Shown: piece by piece, positions 38,025 to 48,847 of the stretch
Layout of the letters: each line of letters starts with the position of its first letter
Position numbering within the stretch: position 1 is the stretch's first letter
Source of the DNA: Gammaproteobacteria bacterium
GTDB taxonomy: Bacteria; Pseudomonadota; Gammaproteobacteria; GCA-002705445; GCA-002716945
DNA length: 64,000 bases
Assembly: GCA_018667355.1 (NCBI GenBank)
Contig: JABIVC010000016.1
Location: 175,762-239,761 of the forward strand
Reading direction: 5' to 3'
Program-made: the position numbers and the translations under genes
Notes under the pieces: model-generated
Database searches by the model: none
The model's input: the letters and a program-made list of their open reading frames with translations, nothing else
What the model was told of the DNA's origin: nothing

Positions 38025-38490
38025 ATCTATTCTTACTTATAAAATACGAAAGTAGCATCATAAGGACTCCGATAGTAATGAACATATCAGCTAAATTAAA
38101 AATTCCTGGAAAATAAATATGCTTATAATGAATTATAATAAAATCTAGGACTGATTGATTAAGTAATCTATCTATGAAGTTTCCCAATGCACCGCCCAAA
38201 ATCAGAACAAATGCAAAATAATTAGTACGACAAAGCATTTTATAATTTTTTCTAAATTCAGAGAATATATATAAAATAATTCCAGCTACCAGTAATGTAA
38301 CAAAATAATTAACAGTTAAAGAATCTGAATCTAGAAAACTAAAAGCCACTCCTTTATTATAATATATGTCTAGTATTAAATAATTATTTACCTCAATAGT
38401 ATTATTTTTTAATAAATCTTTTATATAATTTTTTGACGTAAAGTCTATTAACACTAACAAAAAAATAAGGATGATGGATAGACGATTCAT
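38017..38490 (-). CDS. lspA: Lipoprotein signal peptidase II
   Basis: 4 TM helices, NKG/NxGAAFS-like region (YNKGVAFSF) and FNLADMFITIGV motif. Confidence 0.85.
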   Translation of the reverse strand: MNRLSIILIFLLVLIDFTSKNYIKDLLKNNTIEVNNYLILDIYYNKGVAFSFLDSDSLTVNYFVTLLVAGIILYIFSEFRKNYKMLCRTNYFAFVLILGGALGNFIDRLLNQSVLDFIIIHYKHIYFPGIFNLADMFITIGVLMMLLSYFISKNRYD

Positions 38491-41249
38491 TAGCCTAGTT
38501 GTCTTTTTTCGCCATCTTCAAACACATTTTGATGACATCTTGAGCATATACTTTCGTGTTCAGGAATTGACCCTACAGATTTATTTCTATGCCAACATCT
38601 ATCACACTTTAAATCATTATTTTTTTCAATAATTATAACCGGATCACCCTCTAATATTTTCTCTAAGTGACATTCAGATGAAATAAAGATATATTTTAAT
38701 TCTTTGCTTGTAGCTAACAGTTTTTGATATATCTCTTCATTAACTCCTAACTTTATTGTTGCATCAAGCGAAGAGCCAATAATACCATCATTTCTGGCCT
38801 CTTCTAATTTTTTTGAGACTGGTTGTTTTAGTGAAAATAAGATTTCACCTATTTCTTTTTCATTCTTATTTAGACCTACATCATATTGTATCCATTCTTC
38901 TAGAAATATAGATTTAAGTTTTGAATTTTTCATATGCCCATACATTTCTTCTGCTGTAAATGATAATATTGGAGCTATCCATATATTAATCATCTTCAAT
39001 AATTTTAAACATACGCTTTGACAAGATTTTCTAGCTAATCCTGCTTTATGCGTGGTATATAATCTATCTTTAACAATATCAAGATAGTAGCCGCCTAATT
39101 CAGTCGTACAAAAATTTTGTATGTCTTGTGCTATTTGATGAAATTTATAGTTATTATAATTATCTTTGATCGACTCTTGTAAGTCCAAAGCAGATTGTAT
39201 TATCCATTTATCAATTAGCATCATATCTGAAAACTTTACTTCTTCTTTCATTTCATCAAAATCACTCACATTTGATAATAGAAACTTGATAGTATTTCTA
39301 ATTCTTCTATAAGACTCTGTAGTTCGTTTTATTATTTCTGGAGATATATTCATCTCTTTTGTATAGTCTGTATTTGCTACCCATAATCTTAAGATATCAG
39401 AACCCTTATCTTTGATAATAGATTGTGGTGCAATTACGTTGCCTTGTGATTTTGACATTTTCTGTCCATCAGCATCTACAACAAAGCCATGTGTTAGAAC
39501 TGTTTTATATGGTGGTTTACTGGTAGTGGCCAATGCTGTTATTAATGATGACTGGAACCATCCTCGATGTTGATCTGAACCTTCTAGGTATAAATCTGCT
39601 ATATCTCCTAAGCCCCTTTGTTGCATAACAGAGATATGTGAAATACCAGAATCAAACCATACATCAAGAGTATCGGTTACCAAGCGATAATTATCTCTAT
39701 CTTTACCTAATAACTCTTTTTTATCATACTCAAACCATGCTTCTATATTACCTTTTTCTATAATTTTCGCTGCCTTCTCAAGAATCAACTCAGTTTGTTC
39801 ATGCAATTCATTTGTGTCTTTATGAATAAAAAGAGGTATTGGAACACCCCAAAACCTTTGTCGAGAGACACACCAGTCAGGTCGATTTTCAATCATATTT
39901 TTTATTCTTTCATGACCCCAGTCTGGAACCCAGTTAACATCTTTTAGTGTATTCAAGATATTTTTTCTTAAACGATTCTGGCTCATGCTTATAAACCACT
40001 GTGGTGTAGCTCTAAATATCAAAGGAGTTTTGAATCTCCAGCAGTGAGGGTAACTATGCGAGTATTTTTGATGGCAAAGTAACTTATTATTTTTAATCAA
40101 TTCCTCAATAATAGGAGCATTAGCTTTTCGTACATGCATCCCCCCAAATATTTCTAAAGAGTCTATGAATACTCCTTTGTCATTAACAGGATTAAAGACT
40201 TCTAGATTATTCTTTAAACCTGCAATATAGTCATCTTGCCCATGACCAGGTGCTATGTGGACAAGACCTGTCCCATTTTCTGTTGTAACATGATCAGCAT
40301 TAATGATTGGAACTTCTTTTTTATAAAAAGGATGCTCAGCTTTTAGCCCTAACAAATCTTTACCATGAAAGCTTTGAACTATTTTAATATCTTTAAAATC
40401 AAGTTTTTCAGATAATGACTCTATTAAATCCTTCGCAATTATAATAGATTGATTGCCAATATCAGCTAGAACATATTGAATATTATCTCCTATAGCAATT
40501 GCTTGATTAGCAGGTAATGTCCATGGAGTTGTAGTCCAAATTACAAAGAATATATCTTTCTTATTTTCTATTTTAAATGCTTTCAAAAAATTATCTTGTT
40601 TTGATAATTTAAACAATACATCAACTGCATCTGAAACTACATCTTGATACTCTACCTCGGCCTCAGCTAAAGCAGATTCAGACTCAATACACCAGTGAAC
40701 AGGTTTTGACCCAAAATATATATGATTATTCTTAATAATAGTAGCTAAGCTTCTTACGGCTGATGCCTCAAAATTTTTATCCATACTCGTATATGAATTA
40801 TCCCAATCCGCAGAGATTCCTAGTCTTACGAAATCTGATTTTTGCCGCTCTACTTGTTTAGAAGCATATTCCCTACAAGCTTTTCTAAACGCATTTCTGT
40901 CATCTCTAAATTTTGATTTCCCATGCTTTTTTTCAATCATTAATTCAATTGGGAGACCATGACAGTCCCAGCCTGGAATAAAGGGTGTATCATAGCCAGA
41001 TATAGTTTTACTCTTAATAACAATATCTTTTAATATTTTGTTAACAGCATGACCTATATGTATATCACCATTAGCGTATGGTGGGCCATCATGAAGAATA
41101 AATTTTTTCAGGCCTTCGCTTTTTTTCCTTATTTGTTCATATAGCTTAATAGTATCCCAATGTTCTAAAATTTTAGGTTCTCTATTTGGCAGGTTAGCTT
41201 TCATTGGAAAATCTGTAGCTGGTAGATTTAAAGTATCCTTATAACTCAT
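38490..41249 (-). CDS. ileS: Isoleucyl-tRNA synthetase
   Basis: Class I motifs HIGHA and KMSKS (QKMSKSQGN), and a C-terminal zinc-binding Cys cluster (CDRCWHR...CSRC). 919 aa. Confidence 0.95.
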   Translation of the reverse strand: MSYKDTLNLPATDFPMKANLPNREPKILEHWDTIKLYEQIRKKSEGLKKFILHDGPPYANGDIHIGHAVNKILKDIVIKSKTISGYDTPFIPGWDCHGLPIELMIEKKHGKSKFRDDRNAFRKACREYASKQVERQKSDFVRLGISADWDNSYTSMDKNFEASAVRSLATIIKNNHIYFGSKPVHWCIESESALAEAEVEYQDVVSDAVDVLFKLSKQDNFLKAFKIENKKDIFFVIWTTTPWTLPANQAIAIGDNIQYVLADIGNQSIIIAKDLIESLSEKLDFKDIKIVQSFHGKDLLGLKAEHPFYKKEVPIINADHVTTENGTGLVHIAPGHGQDDYIAGLKNNLEVFNPVNDKGVFIDSLEIFGGMHVRKANAPIIEELIKNNKLLCHQKYSHSYPHCWRFKTPLIFRATPQWFISMSQNRLRKNILNTLKDVNWVPDWGHERIKNMIENRPDWCVSRQRFWGVPIPLFIHKDTNELHEQTELILEKAAKIIEKGNIEAWFEYDKKELLGKDRDNYRLVTDTLDVWFDSGISHISVMQQRGLGDIADLYLEGSDQHRGWFQSSLITALATTSKPPYKTVLTHGFVVDADGQKMSKSQGNVIAPQSIIKDKGSDILRLWVANTDYTKEMNISPEIIKRTTESYRRIRNTIKFLLSNVSDFDEMKEEVKFSDMMLIDKWIIQSALDLQESIKDNYNNYKFHQIAQDIQNFCTTELGGYYLDIVKDRLYTTHKAGLARKSCQSVCLKLLKMINIWIAPILSFTAEEMYGHMKNSKLKSIFLEEWIQYDVGLNKNEKEIGEILFSLKQPVSKKLEEARNDGIIGSSLDATIKLGVNEEIYQKLLATSKELKYIFISSECHLEKILEGDPVIIIEKNNDLKCDRCWHRNKSVGSIPEHESICSRCHQNVFEDGEKRQLG

Positions 41250-42171
41250 TTTTTTTTCTCAAAATATTTAAAGCTAAACTATGATCTTCATTCATTTGAT
41301 TCATTAGTTCTTCTTTGGTATTAAACTTAATTTGGTCTCTAATTTTTTCTAAAAGTACTACTTCAATAGTCTGCCCATATATATCGGTATTGAAGTCAAA
41401 GATATATACTTCTAGTACGTCATTAGTTCCAGAAAACGTAGGTTTGTTACCTATGCTAGCTAGACCATAGAACTTTTCACTATTTTTATATAATACTTCC
41501 ACTAAAAATATACCATTTATTGGATAAGATTTACATATTTCAATATTAGCTGTCGGATATCCTAGCTCTCTACCTAATTTTTCTCCATGGATAACCTTAC
41601 CGCCTATTGTGAATGGCTTTCCAAGAAAACTGTTTGCCTCTGAAACTTTACCTGATATTAATAGTTTACGTATAGATGTACTACTTATCTTCTTATTAGA
41701 TGCTTCCACCAAACTAATCGTTTTTACCTCAATGCCTTGATTACCTCCATATGATTTAAGTAGCTCTACATCTCCGACTCGTTTATGGCCAAACTTAAAA
41801 TCACTCCCTATAATTATATGCTTTGCGTTAAGATTTCTTATAAGGACCTTATCAATAAAACTTTTTTCATCAATTTTGGAAAATTCTTTGTTAAAAGGTA
41901 TCAATATTGTTTCCTTCATCCCATATTCTTTAAAGAATTTGATCTTTGTAGTATTACTCATTAACCTAAAAAAGTTTATATTTTGAAAATATTCCTCAGG
42001 CATTGGGTTGAATGTCAATACTACAGGTATAGTATTATGCTCTTCAGCAAGTTTGATAGTTTTTTTCAGTAGCTTTATATGACCCTGATGAATACCATCA
42101 AAATTACCTATTGTTATCGAGGATGAGCTATGATTTTCTGGAAGATCATCGAGACTATTGAAAATATTCAT
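41239..42171 (-). CDS. ribF: Bifunctional riboflavin kinase / FAD synthetase
   Basis: N-terminal nucleotidyltransferase GNFDGIHQGH and C-terminal riboflavin kinase GYPTANI...EVYIFDF. Confidence 0.9.
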   Translation of the reverse strand: MNIFNSLDDLPENHSSSSITIGNFDGIHQGHIKLLKKTIKLAEEHNTIPVVLTFNPMPEEYFQNINFFRLMSNTTKIKFFKEYGMKETILIPFNKEFSKIDEKSFIDKVLIRNLNAKHIIIGSDFKFGHKRVGDVELLKSYGGNQGIEVKTISLVEASNKKISSTSIRKLLISGKVSEANSFLGKPFTIGGKVIHGEKLGRELGYPTANIEICKSYPINGIFLVEVLYKNSEKFYGLASIGNKPTFSGTNDVLEVYIFDFNTDIYGQTIEVVLLEKIRDQIKFNTKEELMNQMNEDHSLALNILRKKNEL

Positions 42172-43748
42172 ATGTAATTTTTTTTAATTTTATACCCTAG
42201 TAAGTACATTATCAAAGCATATATAGCAGCACCAAATATTATATATAGCAACAACAATGAACCTCTCATGTAATACACATTTTTTGCCCATTCCAAGATA
42301 TCTATTAGTGTATAGCTAAGAATTATAGCCATTATAATACAACTAAGTAGTGACTGATAATTTGGTTTTGCCCAAAATATACTTTTATTTATATAGCCAC
42401 TATTTCTTAAATTATTGTATAGTAAAATAACTTGTAACCAAGCAGACAATGAAGTGGCTAAAGCTAGAAATGCATGAGCTCCATCAAATGGGTTTATCAT
42501 ATAATAAGATAGAACGCTTAAATTCATTATAATATTAAAAAGAACGGCTATCATTCCATACTTAACAGGAGTTTTAGTATCTTGACGAGAGAAGAATCCA
42601 GTTAATAGTACTTTCATTAAAATAAATGCAGGCAGCCCAATAGAGTATGCTATTAAGCTCATTGAGCTCATTAGAGTATCATTGATGGTAAAACTACCAT
42701 ATTGAAATAAACTAACAATGATATGGTTTGAGAGGACTATTAATCCAAACATTGCTGGAAGACTAAAAACAACAGCAATATTCAAAGCATTACCCAATGT
42801 ATCTTTATAAGATGTAGTGTCTTTTTTTGAATGTTTTGCTGATAGCGCAGGAAGTATAACTGTCGCAATTGCTATGCCAAATATGCCCAAAGGTAATTCA
42901 ACAAGTCTATCAGAATAATATAACCAACTTATACTCCCACTAGCTAATAATGATGCTACAACTGAATCAACAATTAAATTTATTTGGACTACTGCAGTAC
43001 CAAGTATCGCAGGTAGCATTAATTTAATTACTTTATTTACACCTGTGAATTTAAAACCAACTTTTGGCATAACAAGTAGGTCCATTTTATAAAGAAATGG
43101 TATTTGAATTAAATACTGAAGTATTCCTGCGATAAGAACACCATATGCTAATGCCATTATAGGATCCGAGAAGCTATTTGTTAGATATAGTGCAGAAAAT
43201 ATCAATGAGATGTTAAGCAATACAGGTGTTATTGCAGGTAATAAAAATTTATTATATGTATTAAAAATACCAGCAGACATTGCTGTTAAAGCAATGAAGA
43301 AAAGGTATGGGAAAGTTATCTTTAACATATCAGAGGCTAATAGAAATCTTTTGCTGCCTGTTTCAAACCCAGGCGCAAAAAGGTTAATGATATTTTCTGA
43401 AAAGATTATACCAAGAAAAGTTATTATGAAGAGGATTAAAGCTAAATTACCCTGGACATATCTTATAAACTTTTTCAATTCAATAGGGTTATTGCTCTTA
43501 TAATCATTCAACACAGGAACAAAAGACTGTATAAATGCACCTTCCGCAAATAATCTCCTAAAAAAGTTTGGTATTTTAAATGCTACGAAAAATGCATCAG
43601 TATATGCTGATGCTCCAAATATATTGGCAAAAAGTATATCTCTACAAAATCCAGAAATTCTTGATATAAATGTTGACCCGCCTACAATGTACGAGGATTT
43701 CACTAGAGAATGTTCTCTATTTTCGCTTTTTTGATCGATCATTGGCAA
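42168..43748 (-). CDS. murJ: Lipid II flippase MurJ (MviN)
   Basis: 14-TM MOP-superfamily protein. N-terminal GGSTFISRISGFCRDILFANIFG is typical of MurJ. Confidence 0.85.
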   Translation of the reverse strand: MPMIDQKSENREHSLVKSSYIVGGSTFISRISGFCRDILFANIFGASAYTDAFFVAFKIPNFFRRLFAEGAFIQSFVPVLNDYKSNNPIELKKFIRYVQGNLALILFIITFLGIIFSENIINLFAPGFETGSKRFLLASDMLKITFPYLFFIALTAMSAGIFNTYNKFLLPAITPVLLNISLIFSALYLTNSFSDPIMALAYGVLIAGILQYLIQIPFLYKMDLLVMPKVGFKFTGVNKVIKLMLPAILGTAVVQINLIVDSVVASLLASGSISWLYYSDRLVELPLGIFGIAIATVILPALSAKHSKKDTTSYKDTLGNALNIAVVFSLPAMFGLIVLSNHIIVSLFQYGSFTINDTLMSSMSLIAYSIGLPAFILMKVLLTGFFSRQDTKTPVKYGMIAVLFNIIMNLSVLSYYMINPFDGAHAFLALATSLSAWLQVILLYNNLRNSGYINKSIFWAKPNYQSLLSCIIMAIILSYTLIDILEWAKNVYYMRGSLLLLYIIFGAAIYALIMYLLGYKIKKNYI

Positions 43749-43822
43749 TCTAAATGTTGACAGTAATCATCTACACTGAGATAATCTTGTTTTATTTTAC
43801 CTTTAATTGGAGAAGAATACAT

Positions 43823-44085
43823 TGGCAAATACTGCACAAGCAAGAAAAAGAGTAAGGCAAGCAATCAAAGCTAGAGATAGAAATGTGGCCCAAAAATCAA
43901 ATTTCAGAACCTGTATAAAAAAAGTCTTAAAATCACTCGCTGAAAAGAATAAAGATGAGTCAAATGCTAATTTTAAAGAAGCTATGTCTGTTATGGATAA
44001 GCTTGTAGGTAAAGGGTTAATCCATAAAAATAAAGCAGCTAGGCATAAATCACGTCTAAATGCTCATATTAAAGCTTTATCTTAA
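43823..44085 (+). CDS. rpsT: 30S ribosomal protein S20
   Basis: TTG start at 43823 (RBS GGAGAAG) gives MANTAQARKRVRQAIKARDRN, matching the S20 N-terminus. The annotated 43807 start adds 5 unsupported residues. Confidence 0.85.
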
Positions 44086-44090
44086 AATCA

Positions 44091-44864
44091 TTAATTGGCT
44101 TTAAAATAAGTCCCTATCTCATCTTGATTAATAATCTTTGTTAGAGAATCCTTTTCAAATCCAGAGGCTACAACTGTATCAGTACCTGAAGTAGATGCTA
44201 TTTTTACTGCCTGTAGTTTTGTCTTAAATCCACCTGTTCCAAAGTTACTTTTAGAATCAGAATCATATTCATTAATATCAATATCTTTGATATCACATTT
44301 CTTAATTAGTACTGCATCTTTATTAGTATCAGGATTTTTATCATATAAACCACACTGATTCGTTAGGATAATCATTAAATTAGCATTGATTAAATTTGAT
44401 ACCATTGCCGCTAAAGTATCATTATCTCCTAGCTTTATCTCATCAGTTGCCACAACATCATTTTCATTTATAATTGGAATTACATTTAGTGCAAGTAATT
44501 TCTTAATTGTTGCTTTAGCATTAGAGTATCTCTGCATATCATTCATATCATCATGTGTTAGCAAAACTTGAGCAGTTAATAAATCATGATTTTGGAAAGA
44601 TCTTTCATACATCCCCATTAATTGTTGTTGTCCAATTGCTGCTAACGCCTGGAGAGATTCAAGGTCTGTTGGCTTTTTAGCAATATTTAATATCCTCTGT
44701 CCTTGGCTTATAGCTCCGGATGTGACTATTACAAATTTAATTCTTTTTTTAATAAAAAAATTAATTTGGCTTGTTATAGATTCTATTAATCTGTTCGACT
44801 GATTTTCATCACTACTAATCAAAGCACTACCAATTTTCAAAACTATTATCTTCAAATCTTTCAT
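44091..44864 (-). CDS. proB: Glutamate 5-kinase (short form without PUA domain)
   Basis: Amino-acid kinase family motifs (IVLKIGSALIS, VVTSGAI, GDNDTLAA). Confidence 0.8.
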   Translation of the reverse strand: MKDLKIIVLKIGSALISSDENQSNRLIESITSQINFFIKKRIKFVIVTSGAISQGQRILNIAKKPTDLESLQALAAIGQQQLMGMYERSFQNHDLLTAQVLLTHDDMNDMQRYSNAKATIKKLLALNVIPIINENDVVATDEIKLGDNDTLAAMVSNLINANLMIILTNQCGLYDKNPDTNKDAVLIKKCDIKDIDINEYDSDSKSNFGTGGFKTKLQAVKIASTSGTDTVVASGFEKDSLTKIINQDEIGTYFKAN

Positions 44865-45865
44865 TATAAATCTCTTAAATATTCAATAATTTTTTCACAT
44901 ACATCATCTAAACCAGACTTTTCTTTTGCAGATACAAAAAATACATTCTTACCAATTTTATTATTAACTGATTTTTTTAATATTTCTAACTCTTTTTTAT
45001 TCAACATATCAATCTTATTAAAAACATACCATCTGTCTTTCTTTCCAAGCCCTGCATCATAGTCTTTTAGCTCTTTAGCTATTACATCAACATCTTTAAG
45101 AGCTTCATCTATGTTATTTTTTGAGATATCAATAACATTCAATAATAATTTTGTCCTTGAAATATGTTTGAGAAACTGGATGCCTAGTCCTGCACCAGTT
45201 GAAGCTCCAACAATTAATCCTGGTAAATCAGCTACAACAAATTTCTCATAATCACTTATAAGCACAACACCAAGATTTGGGTGTATAGTTGTAAACGCAT
45301 AGTTTGCAATCTTTGGTTTAGCCATACTTATGGCAGCCAGAATTGAACTTTTCCCAACATTTGGTAATCCAACTAATCCTACATCAGCTAAAACTTTCAA
45401 GACTATTTTCAGCTGCCTCTCTTCCCCTGGGGTTCCGTCCGTTGTTTTTCTAGGCGCTCTATTAGTTGAGGTTTTAAATCTAGCATTACCCAGACCATAG
45501 TCTCCACCAGAAGCTATTGTAATTGATTGACCGTCTCTTTCTAAATCACATATGAGTTCTTGAGTTTCTAGGTCGTAAATTACACTTCCTGCTGGCAACT
45601 GTATTACTAGGTCATCACCACCTCGTCCTTTCTTATTTCTTCCTCCACCTGTTTTACCATTTGGTGCTATAAATTTACTTCTATTCCTGAAATCAGCTAA
45701 AGTATTAAGACCATCTTTAGCTTGAATAATTATTGATCCTCCATGACCACCATCACCACCATCTGGCCCTCCAAAAGGGATATATTTTTCTCTTCTAAAG
45801 CTTAAACAGCCATTACCGCCATTACCAGCTTTAACCAAGATTATGGTTTCATCTATAAATTTCAT
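44864..45865 (-). CDS. obg: GTPase Obg/CgtA
   Basis: Gly-rich Obg fold (GGNGG, GGPDGGDGGHGG) followed by G-domain motifs GLPNVGKSS and DLPGL. Confidence 0.9.
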   Translation of the reverse strand: MKFIDETIILVKAGNGGNGCLSFRREKYIPFGGPDGGDGGHGGSIIIQAKDGLNTLADFRNRSKFIAPNGKTGGGRNKKGRGGDDLVIQLPAGSVIYDLETQELICDLERDGQSITIASGGDYGLGNARFKTSTNRAPRKTTDGTPGEERQLKIVLKVLADVGLVGLPNVGKSSILAAISMAKPKIANYAFTTIHPNLGVVLISDYEKFVVADLPGLIVGASTGAGLGIQFLKHISRTKLLLNVIDISKNNIDEALKDVDVIAKELKDYDAGLGKKDRWYVFNKIDMLNKKELEILKKSVNNKIGKNVFFVSAKEKSGLDDVCEKIIEYLRDL

Positions 45866-45881
45866 ATGATTATTTTAGAAT

Positions 45882-46148
45882 TTAGATATTCTTTGTGGGC
45901 AAGACACTTACAAACTTATGTTTGCCAAGGCCTTTTTTTTGGAATGTAACGTATCCATCTGCTGTAGCAAATAAAGTATGATCTTTACCGCAACCTACAT
46001 TGAGACCAGCTTTTACAGGGGTGCCACGCTGGCGTATAAGTATATTGCCAGATTTTACAAACTCACTTCCATACTTCTTAACTCCAAGCCTCTTGGACTC
46101 CGAATCTCTTCCGTTTTTAGTACTTCCGCCTGCTTTCTTGTGAGCCAT
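45882..46148 (-). CDS. rpmA: 50S ribosomal protein L27
   Basis: [24 protein letters not shown] matches the L27 N-terminus. Confidence 0.95.
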   Translation of the reverse strand: MAHKKAGGSTKNGRDSESKRLGVKKYGSEFVKSGNILIRQRGTPVKAGLNVGCGKDHTLFATADGYVTFQKKGLGKHKFVSVLPTKNI

Positions 46149-46161
46149 TTTATTACCTTAT

Positions 46162-46470
46162 TTACTTGATTGATTCTATCTTTACTTCAGTAAAATCTTG
46201 TCTGTGACCTTGCGTCCGCATATAGTGCTTTCTTCTCTTGAATTTTACTACACGAATTTTCTTATATCTACCATGTTTTTTAACAGTACCAGTAACTTTT
46301 ACGCTAGATAACTTAGTTCCAGAAATAAGAGCATTTTTTTCATCAAATGCCATTAATACATTATCAAAAGCAATTGAGCTACCTTCTGGTGAAGAAACAA
46401 GATCTATCTTGATTGAGTCTCCTTCCGTTACCTTATATTGCTGACAGCCATTTTTAATAATTGCGTACAT
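46162..46470 (-). CDS. rplU: 50S ribosomal protein L21
   Basis: MYAIIKNGCQQYKVTEGDSIKID matches the L21 N-terminus. Conserved rplU-rpmA-obg order. Confidence 0.95.
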   Translation of the reverse strand: MYAIIKNGCQQYKVTEGDSIKIDLVSSPEGSSIAFDNVLMAFDEKNALISGTKLSSVKVTGTVKKHGRYKKIRVVKFKRRKHYMRTQGHRQDFTEVKIESIK

Positions 46471-46602
46471 CTGTTTACCTGTAAAACCAATGATTCTATC
46501 GTGTATTGGTCATTTAATAAATACTTTTATTAATTATATTAGGTTATTTTTGTATATTTAGTATAGCTGGTAGTTTATCAAATCAGTATGTAATATAACA
46601 GG

Positions 46603-47574
46603 ATGACAATATTATCATTAAATAAGCTATTAAACAGTGAATTAGAGAGTTTGGATAGGCAACTCAAGATAAGATCTCGAACAGAAGTTGAAATGATCAA
46701 TCTCATGAGTGATCATATTATTTCTAGTGGAGGAAAGCGGTTGAGGCCAACTACATTGCTCTTGTCTGCACATTGCGTGAATACTAAATTAGATAGTAAA
46801 ATTATTGATTCTTCAGTCGTAGTAGAGTTTATTCATGCGGCTACCTTACTACATGATGACGTTGTTGATATGTCGCATATTAGACATAATCTTGATACTG
46901 CTAATAAGATTTGGGGTAATAAAGGTGCTGTGTTAGTAGGTGATTTCTTATATTCAAGAGCATTTGAAATTATTGTCGAGATAAATAATTCATTGGTCTA
47001 TGAGACATTGGCACATACGACTAATATTATCGCCCAAGGAGAAGTTATGCAGTTAATGAATATTGGGAATATAGATATTAATGAAAAACTATATATGGAT
47101 ATAATTTTCAGAAAAACAGCAATACTCTTTGAGGCATCGATGAAAATAGGTGCAATACTTAATCATGGTTCTAAAGAGGAGGTTAAATCATTAACCTCGT
47201 TTGGACTTCATTTTGGTAATGCGTATCAATTAAGGAATGATTATTTAGACTACTTTGGGAGTTCAGGATTAACAGGAAAAAATATAACAGAAGATCTAGT
47301 TGAAGGGAAAACAACTCTTCCAATTATTCATGCACTGCGAAATGCAAGTGAATCTGATGAAAAGATAATTAGAGATGCATTTAATAAGGCAGATAAAAAT
47401 ATAAGGAGCGTAATAATAAAAATACTGAAAAAATATAAATCTGATGTTTATATGGATGAAATGATAGAGGAGCAAACACAAATTGCCATTGATTCTTTAA
47501 GTGGAATAAAAGAGGGTAAATATAAAGATAAATTAATAGAGTTAGCGTCTTATTGTATGAAAAGAACTAGTTAG
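46603..47574 (+). CDS. ispB: Octaprenyl diphosphate synthase (polyprenyl synthetase)
   Basis: First and second Asp-rich motifs LLHDDVVD and (R)NDYLD. 323 aa. Confidence 0.85.
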   Translation: MTILSLNKLLNSELESLDRQLKIRSRTEVEMINLMSDHIISSGGKRLRPTTLLLSAHCVNTKLDSKIIDSSVVVEFIHAATLLHDDVVDMSHIRHNLDTANKIWGNKGAVLVGDFLYSRAFEIIVEINNSLVYETLAHTTNIIAQGEVMQLMNIGNIDINEKLYMDIIFRKTAILFEASMKIGAILNHGSKEEVKSLTSFGLHFGNAYQLRNDYLDYFGSSGLTGKNITEDLVEGKTTLPIIHALRNASESDEKIIRDAFNKADKNIRSVIIKILKKYKSDVYMDEMIEEQTQIAIDSLSGIKEGKYKDKLIELASYCMKRTS

Positions 47575-48685
47575 CAAAAATACTTTTCTTACCCATTATT
47601 TCGGATAATGTTTTTCCTTCAGAGTAACCATTCATAAATTTTTTACCCAGACCAAGTTTCATCATCCAGTAGCTTATCATTGGAAAGCCATAAAGAATTT
47701 TTGCGCCTTTTCGGTAGAGTTTTAGTTCATTAGTCAGATGTGATAAAAACTCATTATAATTTAATTTCGCTGAGACACTATTATTGTATGATTCATTAAT
47801 TGATGAGCCAGCATATTTACCTGATAAAACTGCGTTGTATATGCCTTCGCCGAGTAATGATTCCGCAAGTCCAGCTGCATCACCAACTAAGAATATATTA
47901 TTTTGGACTCTATAATTATCACCTTCTGTACCAATAGGGAAAGCTGTTATATTACTAATTTTAGTAGACCCAAATTTATCAGAGACAAAGCTACGCAGAT
48001 CTTTCTTTGTTACATTTTTTGACTTAGAGGTAGAAACTAGATTACCAATACCTACATTATAGTGCCCATCTTTAGGAAATACCCAAGCATATCCATGTTT
48101 ATTAAAAATAAACTCTGTAGAGTAGTTTGTATCTTTTTTTTCAACCAACCCCTCATATGCAAACACTGGGTTTTTATATTCAAAATTGGACGATAGTTTT
48201 CTTACTATACTATTTGCTCCATCAGCACCAATCAAATAATCACATACATATATTTTCCCATCAACATCTATCATGACCTTATTTTTAATAGATTTGATCG
48301 AATTAATTTTATTAATTTTATTAAATGTCGCGCCTAATTTTATTGTTTCATTGAAGAAATATTCATCAAACTTATCTCTTATGACCATTACACATGAACC
48401 TTTATGATGATTGAGTTTAATTTTCTTTGTAGGACTAAAAGTAAATATCATATCTTGAGCTTTATGTTGCACAAGATGGTTAATATCAATAGGTAGATGT
48501 TTTAGAGTTTTCATTGTAATACCCCCGGCGCATGGTTTATGCCTCGGGAATTCTGTCTTGTCTAAAATTAATACTTTTTTATTGTTCCTTAACAGTTCGT
48601 GAGCACTGCTGCAACCTGCAGGTCCTGCTCCGACTATAACAACATCGTAGTTATTATTTTTTTGTTCCATATTAGTGCATACCAT
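47567..48685 (-). CDS. FAD-dependent oxidoreductase, geranylgeranyl reductase family
   Basis: DVVIVGAGPAGCSSA dinucleotide fold and GDAAGLAES motif. Confidence 0.75.
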   Translation of the reverse strand: MVCTNMEQKNNNYDVVIVGAGPAGCSSAHELLRNNKKVLILDKTEFPRHKPCAGGITMKTLKHLPIDINHLVQHKAQDMIFTFSPTKKIKLNHHKGSCVMVIRDKFDEYFFNETIKLGATFNKINKINSIKSIKNKVMIDVDGKIYVCDYLIGADGANSIVRKLSSNFEYKNPVFAYEGLVEKKDTNYSTEFIFNKHGYAWVFPKDGHYNVGIGNLVSTSKSKNVTKKDLRSFVSDKFGSTKISNITAFPIGTEGDNYRVQNNIFLVGDAAGLAESLLGEGIYNAVLSGKYAGSSINESYNNSVSAKLNYNEFLSHLTNELKLYRKGAKILYGFPMISYWMMKLGLGKKFMNGYSEGKTLSEIMGKKSIFAN

Positions 48686-48805
48686 GTTTATTATTAGAGC
48701 AAAAAATATTCTATTATACTAAAGAAAAAATCTTACCAACCAATGATTTCATTTTTCCCTTAATATATCAAAGACTTTTGTATTAATAACATATGTGCTT
48801 CATTT

Positions 48806-48821
48806 TGGCACACTTTGTGCA
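48806..48821 (+). promoter_or_regulatory. Candidate sigma-54 (-24/-12) promoter upstream of amt
   Basis: TGGCAC-N5-gTGCA, with GG and GC correctly spaced relative to the consensus TGGCAC-N5-TTGCA. It lies ~27-42 nt upstream of the amt start. Confidence 0.45.
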
Positions 48822-48847
48822 TGATATATTACCTAAAGGAGATAAAT

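Noticed and set aside
43210-43503. 97-aa + ORF
   Set aside because: Antisense to murJ, whose 14-TM product is well supported.
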